The notes beneath the pieces are model-generated. The model was not told the DNA's origin and made no database searches. It was given only the letters and a program-made list of their open reading frames with translations. Position numbers and translations under genes: made by a program. Source: the human T2T-CHM13v2.0 reference genome, Homo sapiens. Taken from it: a stretch of 64,000 nucleotides of DNA. The first letter of the stretch is position 1, and each line of letters starts with the position of its first letter. Location: the NCBI RefSeq assembly GCF_009914755.1, contig NC_060930.1; one strand, given 5' to 3'. Shown piece after piece: positions 1 to 14,159 of the stretch.

Positions 1-1036
1 CACCCCCAGTGTTGCTGGACCTGTAGATCTGTGTTGAGCCACAGATATGAGTTTCTGTTTCTCAGGATGGGGTTTGTTAAAGTTGTCAAGAGTAAGGCCT
101 ACTTTAAGAGATACTAAGTGAAATGTAGAAGACAATGACAGGGTAAAACTGATTACTATGCTCAGAAATCCTTGGTGATATAAGATAAAAATAAGTACAA
201 CATGCCTAAATACAGGGTGATAGTTTGTGTAACAGATAGAGATATCATTTGTCAGATTGCTTATGCCCATATAGGAGGGAATATGATAATGTATGCAGCT
301 TATGCATATGAACTGCCAAAACATGGTGTGAAGGTTGGCCTGACAAATTATGCTATAGCATACTGTACTGGCCTCCTGCTGGCCTGCAGACTTCTCAGTA
401 GGTTTGGCATGGACAAGATCTAAGAAGTCCAAGTAGAGATGAATGGAGATGAATACAATGTAAAAACCATTGATGCTCAGCCAGGTGCCTTTACGTGCTA
501 TTTGGATGCAGGCCTTGCCAGAACTACCGATAAGCTTTTATGGGGTCTGGAAAGGAGTTGTGGATGGAGGTTTGTTGATTCCTCACAATATTAAACGATT
601 TCCTGGTTATGATTCTGAAAGCAAGAAATTTAATGCAGAAGTACATCAAAAGCCCATTATGGATCCAAATGCTGCAGGCTACATGTGTTACCTAATAGAA
701 AAAGATGAAGATGCTTACAAGAAATGTTTCTCTTAATACATAAAGAACAGCATAACTTCAGACATGAAGGAGATGTACAAGAAAGCTCACGCTGCTATAT
801 AAGAGAATCCAGTCTATGAGAAGAAGCCCGAGAAAGAAGTTTAAAAAAAGAAGTGGAACCATCTGAAAATGTCCCTTGCCCAGAAGAAAGATCAGGTAGC
901 TCAAAAGAAGACAAGCTTCCTCAGAGCTCAGGAGCAGGCTGCCAAGAGCTACCTACACTGAACAATTTTCTGTGAGAATTTTTCAGATAAAGACAATAAA
1001 CTTATTGACTAAACAAATAAAAAAGAAATAAAAAAC
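1..1036 (+). pseudogene. RPL5P: Processed pseudogene of 60S ribosomal protein L5 (uL18), with 5' UTR, whole CDS (67 to ~950), 3' UTR and poly(A) remnant
   Basis: ATG at 67 reads MGFVKVVKSKAYFKRY*; ORF 202-423 gives [21 protein letters not shown]...[10 protein letters not shown]; C-terminal [11 protein letters not shown] near 918-950. No introns. In-frame stops at 115, 136, 181 and 421 and a frameshift near 530. AATAAA at 995-1000, then an A-rich tail at 1011-1036. Confidence 0.97.
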
Positions 1037-1856
1037 CAAGCAAAATATTTGAATAGCTATTTCACCAAAAAAGATGTATGAATGCTAATAAACACATGAA
1101 AAGATTCTCAGTGTTGTTAATCATTAGGAAAATGAACATCCAAATCACAATGAGATATAATTTCATACCCACTAGGTAGCCATAATCCAAAATACAAATA
1201 GAGACAAGGGCTAACTAGAATGTGGAGAAAATGGAGTGTTTACACATGGCTAGTGGGAATGTAAAATGGTTCAGCCACTTTGGAAACAGTTTAGCAGGTT
1301 CTTTAACAAGTTACATATAAATTTACCAAGTGACTTTGCAATTCTCTTCCTAGGTGTCAGCCCAAGAGAAGTTAAAGCACATGCCCATACCAATATTTTC
1401 ATGTGAATAACACTCTCCATAATAACCAAAAAGTGGAAACAGTACAAATCTCCAACAACTGCTGAATGGATATACAAAATGTGGTATATCCCTACAATGG
1501 AATACTATTCAGTAATGAAAAAGGAAAGAAGGACGGATACATGCAACAACATGGAATAATCTCCAAAACCTTATGCCAACAGAAAAAAGGTAGGCGCAAA
1601 AGACTACATTTGTATGTATCCTTTTATATGAAATGTCTAGGAGAAGCAAATCTATAGAGACAGAGCAGATTAGTGGTTACCTAGGGCTAAGGTAGGAGAA
1701 GGGACGGACTACAAACACAAGCAGAGGCTCTTTTTGGGTGATAAATATGTTCTAAAACTCATTTTGGTGATGGTTGTAAAACTCTGTAATTTTACTAAAA
1801 ATTATTAAATTATATACTAACATTTTTGTAGTATGCAAATTATACCTCAATAAATC
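1037..1856 (+). mobile_element. Old L1M (L1MB/L1ME-type) 3' fragment, host of the RPL5 retrocopy
   Basis: L1 ORF2 C-terminal motifs (aaacacatgaaaagattctca, gtggtatatccctacaatggaatactattcag) and an L1M 3' UTR ending tatacctcaataaa. Confidence 0.85.
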
Positions 1857-1914
1857 TTCTGTTTTGGCCATTCTGCAGACGTAAAACAGCACCATCCAAA
1901 CTTGAGGTTTCAAT

Positions 1915-2907
<993 letters not shown>

Positions 2908-3594
2908 CTATTTTCTACCTCAAGCTCTATGGATGGCTTCATCTTAGATTATTTGACTTCTTCATGTTAAGAAAATGGAAAGTAATAGTTTAATGAAAGT
3001 GAAGTTAATATTTTCTTTGTTGCCAAAGAAACAATATTATATGAACCTTAATTGTTTCTTGGTTGACTACTAAGTATATACTTTCAATATTATGTTTTAG
3101 TATCCTTAATTCTTGCCCTTTTACTTCAGCTCCTTACATTCAGAAAAACATTAATCCTATGATTCTGGGTATACCTTGTAAACCTTTCTCTCCAGTCTCT
3201 TATCTTCCAATAAGTTCCAGGCTCTACAATACCATCTTTATTCATTGCCTGGTTGACTATAAGTCCTTATTTGCCAAAGAAAGTTCCAATTTACTGTTGT
3301 TGTGAAGAAATTATTGATAGATGATTTTTAAGTAATTCAGCCTGGATATTAACTTATGTAATCATGCTACACATTATCCATGGATAGACTTCAGCAATTT
3401 TTAACTAGGATGGCAGACCATTCAATTTTAGATCAATCTTATATAACTGTATATAGCTATGCCATAGTGTTGTAAGGATATTTAGCTTTGTTAGATCTTT
3501 CTTTATATCTGTGTGTGTATGTGTGTAAATAATTTATAATATAAAGTCATTGAGAAATCACCGACTTAACAGTCTTATGCAAAAGTGCTAGTCT

Positions 3595-3730
3595 TGGGTA
3601 TAAATCATGCCTAACTAGGTAAATCATATAATCTCTTTGAGTCTCAAATTCTCTGTAAAATGGAAGTAAAAATCCTTGCCTTGCAGTACAGCAAATAATG
3701 ACATGTGGTTGGAAGCTCTTAGAAAATTTT
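3595..3730 (+). mobile_element. MIR fragment
   Basis: MIR core-like text ggtaaatcatataatctctttgagtctcaaattctctgtaaaatgg. Confidence 0.6.
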
Positions 3731-3928
3731 GTAATTTCACACAATTTTAAGATAGTATTAAACCTATTTTCAGCTCCTAAAGAGATGACCCAGATATATA
3801 ATCAGCTGGGAACACAAGAGAATCATATACAAATATTATCAAGAAGCCAAGAGCTTGTCCATACACAGACTGTAAGTGGTTTGCAAGTTCGGATGAAGGA
3901 GTGATGTGATCAAGGATAGTCTTTGAGG

Positions 3929-4350
3929 TGTGTGGCAGATCCTTCTGACTCACTAACTCAACACCCACTTCCAATCCATTCCTCTTTACCTAATTGTATT
4001 ATGAATGTGGGAAATTTAAGTGTTAATTTGTCATGCCTCCTTGCCCATGCATTTGGCAGGCAATACATTTTTTGGTCAATAAAATACAAAATAATGTCTC
4101 TCTCTGGGGTCACTTGGGAAAACTTTTGCTAACTTGATAAGAGGACAGATAAGGGGAAGCAAAGCTCCTTCCCCACTCTTTTTTTCCTTGACATGATGGC
4201 CATCAAGTGATGATGCCATAAAAGTCCAGCAGACTAAAGATGATGCAGTGGATTGCCTCCCTCCGGATCTCTTATTCTATGTGAAAATCAATTCTTTATT
4301 GAGCTGTTCTTAGTTGGATTTGTTGCAGGCAAAATAACTTTTTAGTAACA
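3929..4350 (+). mobile_element. Old MaLR solo LTR (MLT1-type), degraded
   Basis: Starts tgtgtggcaga and ends with an MLT1-like tail (ttagttggatttgttgcaggcaaaa...taaca). Confidence 0.45.
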
Positions 4351-5325
4351 CAAGACATTTACTTTGTGAGAGGTAAATGATTTCTCTAGTCAAGTACTGG
4401 CTGGAAGAAAAACCCCCATTGCAATGGCTACAGCTAGAACAAGCCCATTTAAATACAAAGGAGGCAAACATAGTATAACAGGTTTTGTTTCCCTGAATTT
4501 TGTTCCAGTAACCAGGGCCCTAATCTAGTGCTGCTGACAGGATTTCTCACATATGCTTAGAATGCCCACTTGGTTTTGGCCTCTGTTGTTCAGCACGTGT
4601 TTCTTCAGAGGGATAAGTAGGTAGATAATAACTATGTGGAGATGAATATTTGAGTCGACATATGAAAGTACTTTCTAACAACTAGGGCTGCTCAACATGA
4701 CCCACGTGGCACTTACACTCTTCTAACAAACCAATCCACTGGAGAAGCCATGGAATGGGCTTCCTGAGTGGAAAGCAGGGTGCTTTTAACTCTGAAAGTC
4801 TAGACTATCTGATTATGGGTCTGTATTAGAAGTTACCCTTGTGCAATAAGAAGCAGCCTCTTCCCATAAGGAGTTTAGAACATAAGAAATTCTCTGGTGA
4901 AGAAAGAAAGATATTGACATAATAAGGAAGTTGTCTATATTGCCTTATTCAAACCTTGGTGAAAACTTAGCTTATTTTGTTTTATATGTGCATTGGGGAG
5001 TACAAGCTATTTTCATGCAGTCACCTGTCTGCTTCTGGGGATACCAAGTGACCATTTAGAGTGCTGGCCCAGGCAGCATGGGATTCCAGTTTTCTACTGT
5101 TATCTGGCTCAGAAAGCAGCTCATGCAGGCCAAAAAGAAATGAAATGATGATTGTACTGCAGACAAGGTAACTAATCTCTTCCTTTAAATGCTAAAGGGA
5201 CAAAAGTCATTGAGGATAATTTTGTCTACATCATTTCTCCAAGTCTGAATAGCCATGGAATTTCAGACATTTACAGGACTAAGAATTTCTAGTTAGTCTG
5301 CAAATTTATTCAAAATTATTTTATG

Positions 5326-5640
<315 letters not shown>

Positions 5641-5654
5641 AACTATTTTATGTT

Positions 5655-6136
5655 AGTCACTTTATATGTATTATCCAATTTAATCCTCACATTAATCATT
5701 ATCCCTATTTTACAGCTGAGGAAACTGAGACATAAGAAGTACAAGTCCCTTAGCAAATTAACGTGGGAACAGAAAACCAAATAATGTGTGTTCTCACTTC
5801 TAAGTGGGAACTGAATAATAAGAAAACATGGACACATTGGGGAAAACAACACATGCTGGGGCCTGTTGGAGGGTTGGGGGTGGGAAGAGAGAGAGGATCA
5901 GGAAGCATAGCTAATGGATGCTGGGCTTAATACCTAGGTGATGGGGTGATCTGTGCAGCAAACCACCATGGCACACATTTACCTATGTAACAAACCTGCA
6001 CATCCTGCATATATACCCCTGACCTTAAAATAAAAGTTGGAAATAAAAAAAGGAAGGATAAATGATTTTTACAAGGTATCAATATCTAATAAGGAACAGA
6101 GTAAGATTCAACTCTAGGTTTATTTTGGCTCCAAAA
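5655..6136 (-). mobile_element. MIR split by an L1PA insertion (pieces ~5655-5748 and ~6052-6136)
   Basis: ccctattttacagctgaggaaactgagaca is the reverse MIR core. Its continuation (gattcaactctagg...ggctccaaa) follows the L1 tail. Confidence 0.75.
5749..6051 (+). mobile_element. L1PA (PA13-16-like) 3' end, 5' truncated
   Basis: gcttaatacctaggtgatggggtgatctgtgcagcaaaccaccatggcacac...aaacctgcacatcctgca followed by aataaaa and an A tail. Confidence 0.93.
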
Positions 6137-7769
6137 CTTATACTCTTACTATGCTATTTATTTGCTTTGTATTATTTAATGGTATATGTTTGCCGAGTTC
6201 CACTCAACACTTTTTACCATTTATCTAGACAAAGAGAAACTGCAATCACATGGCAGCTGCTCAGTAATTCCCTTAGGGCATCACTGTGTGTGGTTAAGAT
6301 ACAGCATGATAAGATGGACAAGCATGGTAAAGTGCCTTATATCAAAACAGGACAGATAGATATGCATAGGGGGCATCTGAACCATGTATCTTTAAAGTTA
6401 TTCTTCATGAACTCCAACCCTTTCATTTTACTGAAGAAAATCATCAAGGTTATTAGGTGTCAAGGAATATTTTTTAAAAGCAGTGTCAGAGCAGAGAGAG
6501 CCATTGCTCCTCTTCCCTGGACCCTTTCTCTTAGTTGCTACCCAATCTCTGACGGTCATGTTTATTATTTAATTTTAAAAGAAAAACAACATATTCAAGC
6601 ATTTTAGATAGTAAAGTTCAGATACTACAGCCATTCTGTAGTAAGAGAAGAAAAGGAGTCCATGCTTTGTTTGAAGCTTGTACCACATAATATATTCTAG
6701 ATAATGATGACTTAAGTGCACATGGAAGTATGTATGAATATGTAAGCACTCTGAAATTCAAACAAACCCTATGGGTTAATCTTTATCTGAAATAGAAAAT
6801 GACCCAGACCAGCACACCAACATACACACAGAAGAAGGACAGCACATATTTATCCTTTGTAAACTTCTTGCATGTTATATGGCTTTTGCTGCCTAGAAAT
6901 TTCTTTTCAGGACTAACTAAAACGGCTCTTACAAAGATTTAAACTCATATCTTGCTATGCTGTATTCTCCACAGACAGACAGCAGGTGGGGAGTTTAGAA
7001 ACAACGTTTCAGGAGGTGAGAGGGTAGGGTTTTAACCAGGGTATATGCTTCTCACAGCCTCTGCATCCTTCTATGAGAAATGATTGTGTTGGACTTGAAC
7101 TCTTAAGTTTGTTATTGGCTCCAAAATACCATAATGCTATGAAAATAGGTGCCAATTGTCCCTGTCGAATTTTAACCCCTCTAGAGTAGGATTAGAAGAC
7201 ATAGCATCTTCTAAATCTGATGCTTCCATTATAGAACTGTTTATCCCAGTCAAAATGGATCAGTAACAGGGTTTATAAAGGCCTAGATGATCAAGCGGTT
7301 AATCATGCTTAAGCAGAGGGAAGATAACACAATTTTCAACATTCATTTTTTTCTTATTTTAAAGATTGGCTTCTATATGCCCTCAATCTTCACGAGCAAG
7401 GAAGAGACACTCCACAGAGATATTGCTAGGAGGCTAAATGAACCACATGGCATGTTGAAGCCTGTACATCAGCAGATGCTGCATCTTCTCCCCTGTAACA
7501 ACTCACCTTTCTTCACTGAATGCTACAAACTCTTAGCCCTTAACTCTGTTAAACTCATCTCTATGTGTTGTAACCAAGGCAGTCCTTGTGCAGAAAACAG
7601 GCATGCATCTTATGCATCTAAATCCACAAAGCCAAAGATAGCATGTGTACCTCTTTATTTCTGCATAAAAGAACACCAAGTTTACACTTCCACTTTATTC
7701 TACACCTTTTCTTTATTTGGAATCAATAAGTGGCAGCAAAAGGGGCAGAGGAGGGACTTTCTGAGTATG

Positions 7770-8141
7770 TATATTAGTCTGTTTTCACGCTGTTGATAAA
7801 GACATACCTGAGACTGAGAAATTTACAAAAGGAAGAGTTTTTTTGGACTTACATTTTCACATGGCTGGGGAGGCCTCACGATCATGGAGGAACACAAGGA
7901 GGAGCAAGTCACATCTTATGTGGATGGCAGCAGGCAAAGAGAAAGAGAGTCTGTGCAGGCAAACTCCTCTTTTAAAAACCATCAGATCTCGTGAGACTTA
8001 TTAACTATTGTGAGAACAACATGAGAAAGTCCTGGCCCCATGATTCAATTACCTATCACTGGGTCCTCCCATGACACATGGGAATTGTAGGAGTTACAAT
8101 TCAAGATGAGATTTGGGTGGGGACACAACCAAACCATCTCA
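7770..8141 (-). mobile_element. THE1 (THE1A/B-like) MaLR solo LTR
   Basis: Reverse of the THE1 consensus from end to end. Perfect 5-bp TSD GTATG at 7765-7769 and 8142-8146. Confidence 0.96.
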
Positions 8142-9289
8142 GTATGCAAAGGCAATAACAAAACAAAACAAAACGGAAAACTACATAAGAAATTTACATG
8201 TACATAATTATTATATTTCAGGAAAAGGCTTCTTTGTTATTTTAATTTCAGAACAGCATTAAAGACTACAAAACAAGATTTTAAGCACTTTCCTGCTGAG
8301 CTGATGACTTATTTTTTTAATTTGTTATAACCACACAAAAACATACATTCTTTGGAGACCTCATTAGCCTGAGTGCTGCATGTATTATTTGCTTTAAGAG
8401 ATGGATGAGGTAGCAGAGGCAATTTCTTATGGAATCCCTTGGTTTTCACCTCCCTGCTCCACACCCTTCCCTACAAATTTGGTTGCCAATTCAGCATTAT
8501 GAATTTATTAAGTGTTCCTGGTGTGTTTAATGGGGGAGAGAGAGAGAAGGTATAAATTGTAGGCTAAAAAATAAACAAAAAACAAAAAACTCTGCTTTCT
8601 ACATTCGCCCTGCATCTTTTTGCTCCAGTGCGATAGAGGACTCTCTCATCTTCCATAAGATATTCATGTTCACATTTAGCTTGAGGCCCTCAGTGTTCCT
8701 AGAGGGTTTTAAAACCCTCAATGTTGCAATAATGTTTCAACCTGTGGTTTTGGATATTTCCAGGGACTAAGTCATCCCCCAAGTCTCCACAGAATACCCA
8801 TGCTACCAGATTATGAGGTCATCATTATTACCCTTTCTTGATAGTATTACCTTCTAGTCTAGGATTTTTGGTATTTTGACTTATTTTTTAAAATCTTGCT
8901 ATCTAAAAGAATAGTAAAAGGTAGTTCAGAGCTTAGGTAAAAGACATAAAAGTCATCTGTGTTACATATGAGTGTTTGAAGGAGAAGTTAAATATCTGTC
9001 TGCTAGTGGTAATGAACTAAAGCCCTCCCTGTATGCATTTTCCAGGAATACCCCTGAGGGTAAGCACCACAAAATGGCATGGATTCCCCATCCTGCCAGT
9101 AGTACTACTAGCTCTGTAGCATAAATGAGGGTCAGGTGATAGGAGCCAAGAGGATTTTGACAAAAGCAGCATTTCTCACAGCTGCAGAAGGGCTGCCACA
9201 AAAGAAAATTTAGGAATTCAAAACTTTCTCTGACTCTTATTGCAAATTTAGATGGCTACTGTTGTATAACAATAGAAATGTAAATCGAG

Positions 9290-9560
9290 ACCTAAAAATG
9301 TTTCTTGGGTGGAAAAATGTTTACTACACGATATTTAGTGAAATAAGAAAAATGCAAAACTAAATGGTATGAACTCACATTTGGAAAAGAACAGAAATGA
9401 AGCTAAAACAAAACATCAGAGAGAGAGAGAGAGTTTAGAAAGAGAATGGAGGTAATTAGACAAAAATGTTAATAATAGATGGTAAGATGATCTATGGTTA
9501 TTAAATTTTTAATACATTTTTGTGTTTTCTATAAAATAACAAAATAGATATTCTAAACAT
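9290..9560 (+). mobile_element. Ancient L1M 3' UTR fragment
   Basis: gatatttagtgaaataagaaaaatgcaaaac...aaaatgttaataatag pattern. Highly diverged. Confidence 0.45.
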
Positions 9561-10099
9561 ATATTTAGGGGGAGAGAGCTGTTAAGAAACTGTCTTACAG
9601 CCTTAACTGGTTTAACACATAATGATCACATCTTTCACATTTGTGCCATCTTGTCATGAATTATTTCAATTTTCCTCCTCCATAAAAATTTTCATCTCGC
9701 CTGTTGGAGGCTGAAAATTGAAGGCACTAATAAGTCAAATGATCTTTCAATTCCCATCTAATTATAACAGAGTTTAGATCGATGAAAAATCTTAAATGTT
9801 TATTTTGAACAAGGTATCAGGGCTGAAAACAAAAGTTGCTGGGCTAGTAAAGGACTGAATGTATCATCATGAGAAATAAGTTAGAAAAGAGTATAAAGTG
9901 GTAAAAAAAAAATTTAAAAGAGACCATTGTTTGCAAGAAAATAAGCAGGGTAAGTTGTGTGATCATATTTCTCACATTAGAGGTGAGATCTGTGATAATC
10001 AACAGTTTGTCCCAGTTGGAACATAATCACAATGTTTATTTTTCTTTTTCTTACCATGGGGAAACCTAAAACATGTACTCCACGAGTAACAACGATAAC

Positions 10100-10322
10100 T
10101 ATTATTTATTGGTTGTGTGCCATGTGCCAGATTTATCAGGAAACCTGTAGTACAACATTTTACACATATTGTTGTGTTTAATTCTAAGAAAATATCCCAT
10201 CTTTATAATAACAAAATTGTGGCTGAGGTTAAGCCACTTGTCTAATGACACACCCATAAAAAGTGTATAACCCACACTTGAACCCATGTCTGTCTGACCC
10301 TGAGCCTATGCTTTTTCCAACA
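10100..10322 (-). mobile_element. MIR
   Basis: tatttattgg...atgtgccaga; gaggttaagccacttgtc; cttgaacccatgtctgtctgaccctgagcctatgct. Confidence 0.85.
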
Positions 10323-10479
10323 TTCTACAAAATCCTACAACAGGTAATGGGAACACAAGATATTATCTAAAAAGCTGGTTGGGCTAAGAGAAAGCTAGGA
10401 TTCCTCTCAGGGAGATAACTTTACCTTTGGTTAGGAAGTCACTTCAATTTAATATTGGGTTATGAAGGTTGAATTAGTT

Positions 10480-10800
10480 GGGATAAGACAATAGCAATTA
10501 AGTGATTTAAGGCATATAGAAATGTCTTTCTCACTATCATAATGACCTAGGGGGTCCCAGTTCAGGGCATGGCTCTCCTCCATGTGACTATTCATGAGCC
10601 CAGTCAGAGGTCATCTCCACCATCTTCAAGATGTGATTTCCAATATGTAACCACTCCAACCCTTGGGAAGGAGGAAAGAGCACAGAGGAGCACACACATG
10701 AGTATCTACAGGTCAAGCTTGGAAGAGGCCCCTGTCAGTTGCACTAGCATTCTGCTAGTGGGAGCAGAGTACCCTGGCAATGCCTCCAGAAAGAAGACTT
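10480..10800 (-). mobile_element. Old MLT1 (I/J/K-type) LTR fragment
   Basis: Resembles the reverse of old MLT1 LTRs (ctccaccatcttcaagatgtgatttccaa; ctagcattctgctagtggg). Confidence 0.5.
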
Positions 10801-11027
10801 GAGTGGAAAAGACAAAGAAGAGCAGAGGTTCCGAAGGCAGTAGAAATAGGAATTGTAGCTAGAGCCAAAAGGAAAAGCCCTAATCAGTCTTGGAGAAATT
10901 TGGGCAGGCTGAGTTTCCCAGAGTATGGGCTTTGGGGCATCCAGCCATTTTCTTGAAATATTCACTGAGGGTAGTCCCAGAATGCTGGAGAATTTGAGGA
11001 TATTCTGGTTACAAATAGCATGGATAG

Positions 11028-11265
11028 CTGTGGTAGAGAAGAGTGATCAGTAAACTTAAAAGCAGAAATTCAGGCATCTTAATCCAGACTTTGCTACAAA
11101 CTAGTTGTTTGATTTGGGGTAAATCTCTCCATCACCCTAAGCCTCAACTTTCTATGTCATTAAATAAATAAAAAATGTTAATTACTCCACAGGGTTGTTG
11201 ACTAATGAAATGAGATAAAGTATGTGAAACACATTGGGACTTGTAAAATGCTATACAAATGGAAG
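11028..11265 (+). mobile_element. MIR (MIRc/MIR3-like)
   Basis: aatccagactttgctacaaactag; cacagggttgttgactaatgaaatgagataaagtatgtgaaa; 3' end aaatgctatacaaatg. Confidence 0.85.
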
Positions 11266-12149
11266 GTAAAACAGCACCACCGACCTAGAAAATGCATTGA
11301 ATATGACCTTTTCACATGTGTTTGAGGTATGTTCATGGTTAATAGTGGGGAGAAGAGCAAGGGCTAAAAAACACTACGAGGGTGAAAATACACTGACAAA
11401 GAAGCTATTTGGGGTTGGAGGAAGATTTGAGTGAAGAAAAAAAAAAAACATACATCAGTGATACATTAGTCATGTTTTGAAAGGAATTTTGCCAAAAATT
11501 TGATCAATCTTTTCTTCAATATTTGATATTTTTACCCAGTGAAAAGACCAAGACATTTAGAAATGCAGTGCACCAGAGAAATTGCACGTATTTTAGATTT
11601 AAAATCTAGTTGGCAATTAATTTTGCTTGTGTGTGTGTGTATGCATGCGTGCATGCACGTGTGCATTTAAACGATGCTTTCTAATAGCTTTGATTGCTGC
11701 AGTTTCCTAGATTTTACTTGCCTTTTGCTCTGTAGAGTTAATTAAATACCACAGAAATGTATTTACTATCTCAAGTTCCACACACTCGTGAGGATTTTGT
11801 CATTGACTTTGGTCCAAACAGGACACCTTTAGGAACATAGCAACACTTATCTGCTCTTGGGAAAAGCTAATGTGTCATTGACATGTCAGTATTGCTATTT
11901 CACCCCTTAATGTCCCTGGCTCACCTAGTTATTATGTATATCAAAAATATCCTTGGAACTAGGAGTTAATTTCTACATACATTTAGACTATATTTCCCAG
12001 TGAAGGGTGCACAGGGCCTCCTTGTACATTTTCTTACAACTTCCTGTCATCTGTAATTGCTTCAAAAATAAATACTTTTTCCTACATATATATAAATAAA
12101 TGTATATTACATATGATATATGTAAATATATATAAATAAATATATAGAA

Positions 12150-12447
<298 letters not shown>

Positions 12448-13214
12448 TCCCTACATATTTCTATTACATATCAGAGTACAGAAAATTTACTTGGAACTCT
12501 GGTTAAAGCATTTCTGTCACCTTCCAAATGCAGTACTTGAAATGCTACCCACTGGGTTTCAGGTAAAAGAGGATTTTCCATTCAGATGCTATCCAAGTTA
12601 TAGGACAAAAAGGATTTTCTAAAGTTAGGTTTCTTAGTAGAAGGCATCCTTTTAATTCAGAAGCCACTGTGAAAAAAAAATTAAAAATGCAGTCGTTAGA
12701 GCTAGGTTCTTCCCTTTGACAAAACCCCCAAGAAAAAAAAAAAGGACACTCTGTAGGTTTATAAAAATCTATTGGGTGGGCCTTCTCAAAGCATTGTGAT
12801 CCAACCAAAGCACTGTTACTTGGCATGTATTTTAACACTTCAAAGAATATTTACTGAAGGTTTTTAATGTGAAAGCTACTGTGCTGGGATTGTAGAGAAA
12901 AATGAAGACACCATCAAAAAAACCCAGTCACTTAGGCCATCATCTTTAATCCCTTCCTCATTCTCTGCATCCAAATAGCCTGCAGGTTCTATAGATCCTA
13001 CCTTTTCCACAACTGCCACATCATTCTCTCTTATTCCCATTCCCATTGCTACTTTCTAAAGTCATAGGACCAGCTCTCCCCAGAATAACAATAACTGTGC
13101 CTCAGACTTGTCTCTCTCCAATTCTTTTGTAACATCACCATCAGTATTATTTTTTTCAAATTGAAATAGCATGTTGCTTTTAAAATCCCTTATTGACTCA
13201 CCATTACCTAAGCT

Positions 13215-13780
13215 ATCTATTTTCAATTCCCATTTTGTACAGTGAGAAACTTCTTTAAAGCAAAGGAACCTCAACATATTAAACAGTTGAAATCAATTGG
13301 TATTGTATGATAATAATTTATCTGATGAATCCAAACTAGTTTATTATAAGCCCAGTCAATGAGAACATTGAGATATTGACATTATCACCAAAATTTGAAA
13401 GCAGACTTGTGTATAAAATTGTAATCTTGTATCAGCCTCAATATCCAGTTTTATTTCTGAGTTTGGTTTAAAATTTAGAGTAGTTAAAAATAAAATCCAC
13501 CCTAATTCACACTGATAAATACTTGAAATTAGGAACAGGTTTCTAAATAGTTACTTTTGCAAACTCATGGTATTTTTTTCAATTAAATAGAATGACAGAA
13601 GCTTTATTTTGAGGATTGTGCAAAAGGATGTGAATTTGGCAGCACAAGTTAATTGCACTGGTCATCTTTAGTATATTTCAATATGGTTTCTTACATATTT
13701 GTGAGGGGTTCCTCCTTTAATTGCAGTTATTAAAATAATTTTAAAATATAACAATATAAAATTCAAATCAACAACCATAA
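13215..13780 (-). mobile_element. hAT/Charlie DNA transposon fragment including the transposase dimerisation domain
   Basis: The minus strand near 13420-13580 translates, with frameshifts, to KYHEFAKV..ISSIYQCELG..KLDIEADTRLQ, which matches the hATC motif (STYLCExGFS..KxRNxL). Confidence 0.7.
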
Positions 13781-14159
13781 AGCAGAATCAGGTCCAAACT
13801 TCTTAGCATATTAGTGTGGCCTACGAAACCCTCTATTATCTTGTCCTTGTATACTTTCTCCAATTTTGTCTTCCCATCTTTGTCCCCAGGCTCTAGCCCC
13901 TATCAATTATTTTTGGTTCTTTAAAAATGCTGTGATTGTCAACCTTTGGTTTCCTGTCTCTCACGTTTTCCTCTGCCTATAATGTCCTTAGAGTTTTCCC
14001 TTCTATAGAATCTCACTTCCCTCCAGAAGTTTTGGCCACTCTCCTTATGCCCCATCTACTCAAGGGAAAGGAATCTGCATTATACCCTTTATTGCATTTA
14101 TTTGTTATTACTTGTAACCTTCATCCCCAGACTTGATGGAAGGACCATGTGTTGTTCAT

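Noticed and set aside
6062-7796. 181-aa and 169-aa plus-strand ORFs
   Set aside because: No recognisable domain, composition typical of AT-rich non-coding DNA, and ends overlap MIR or THE1.
8702-8719. Perfect 18-bp palindrome gagggttttaaaaccctc
   Set aside because: A single 9-bp-arm palindrome is within chance expectation for 64 kb and has no supporting context.
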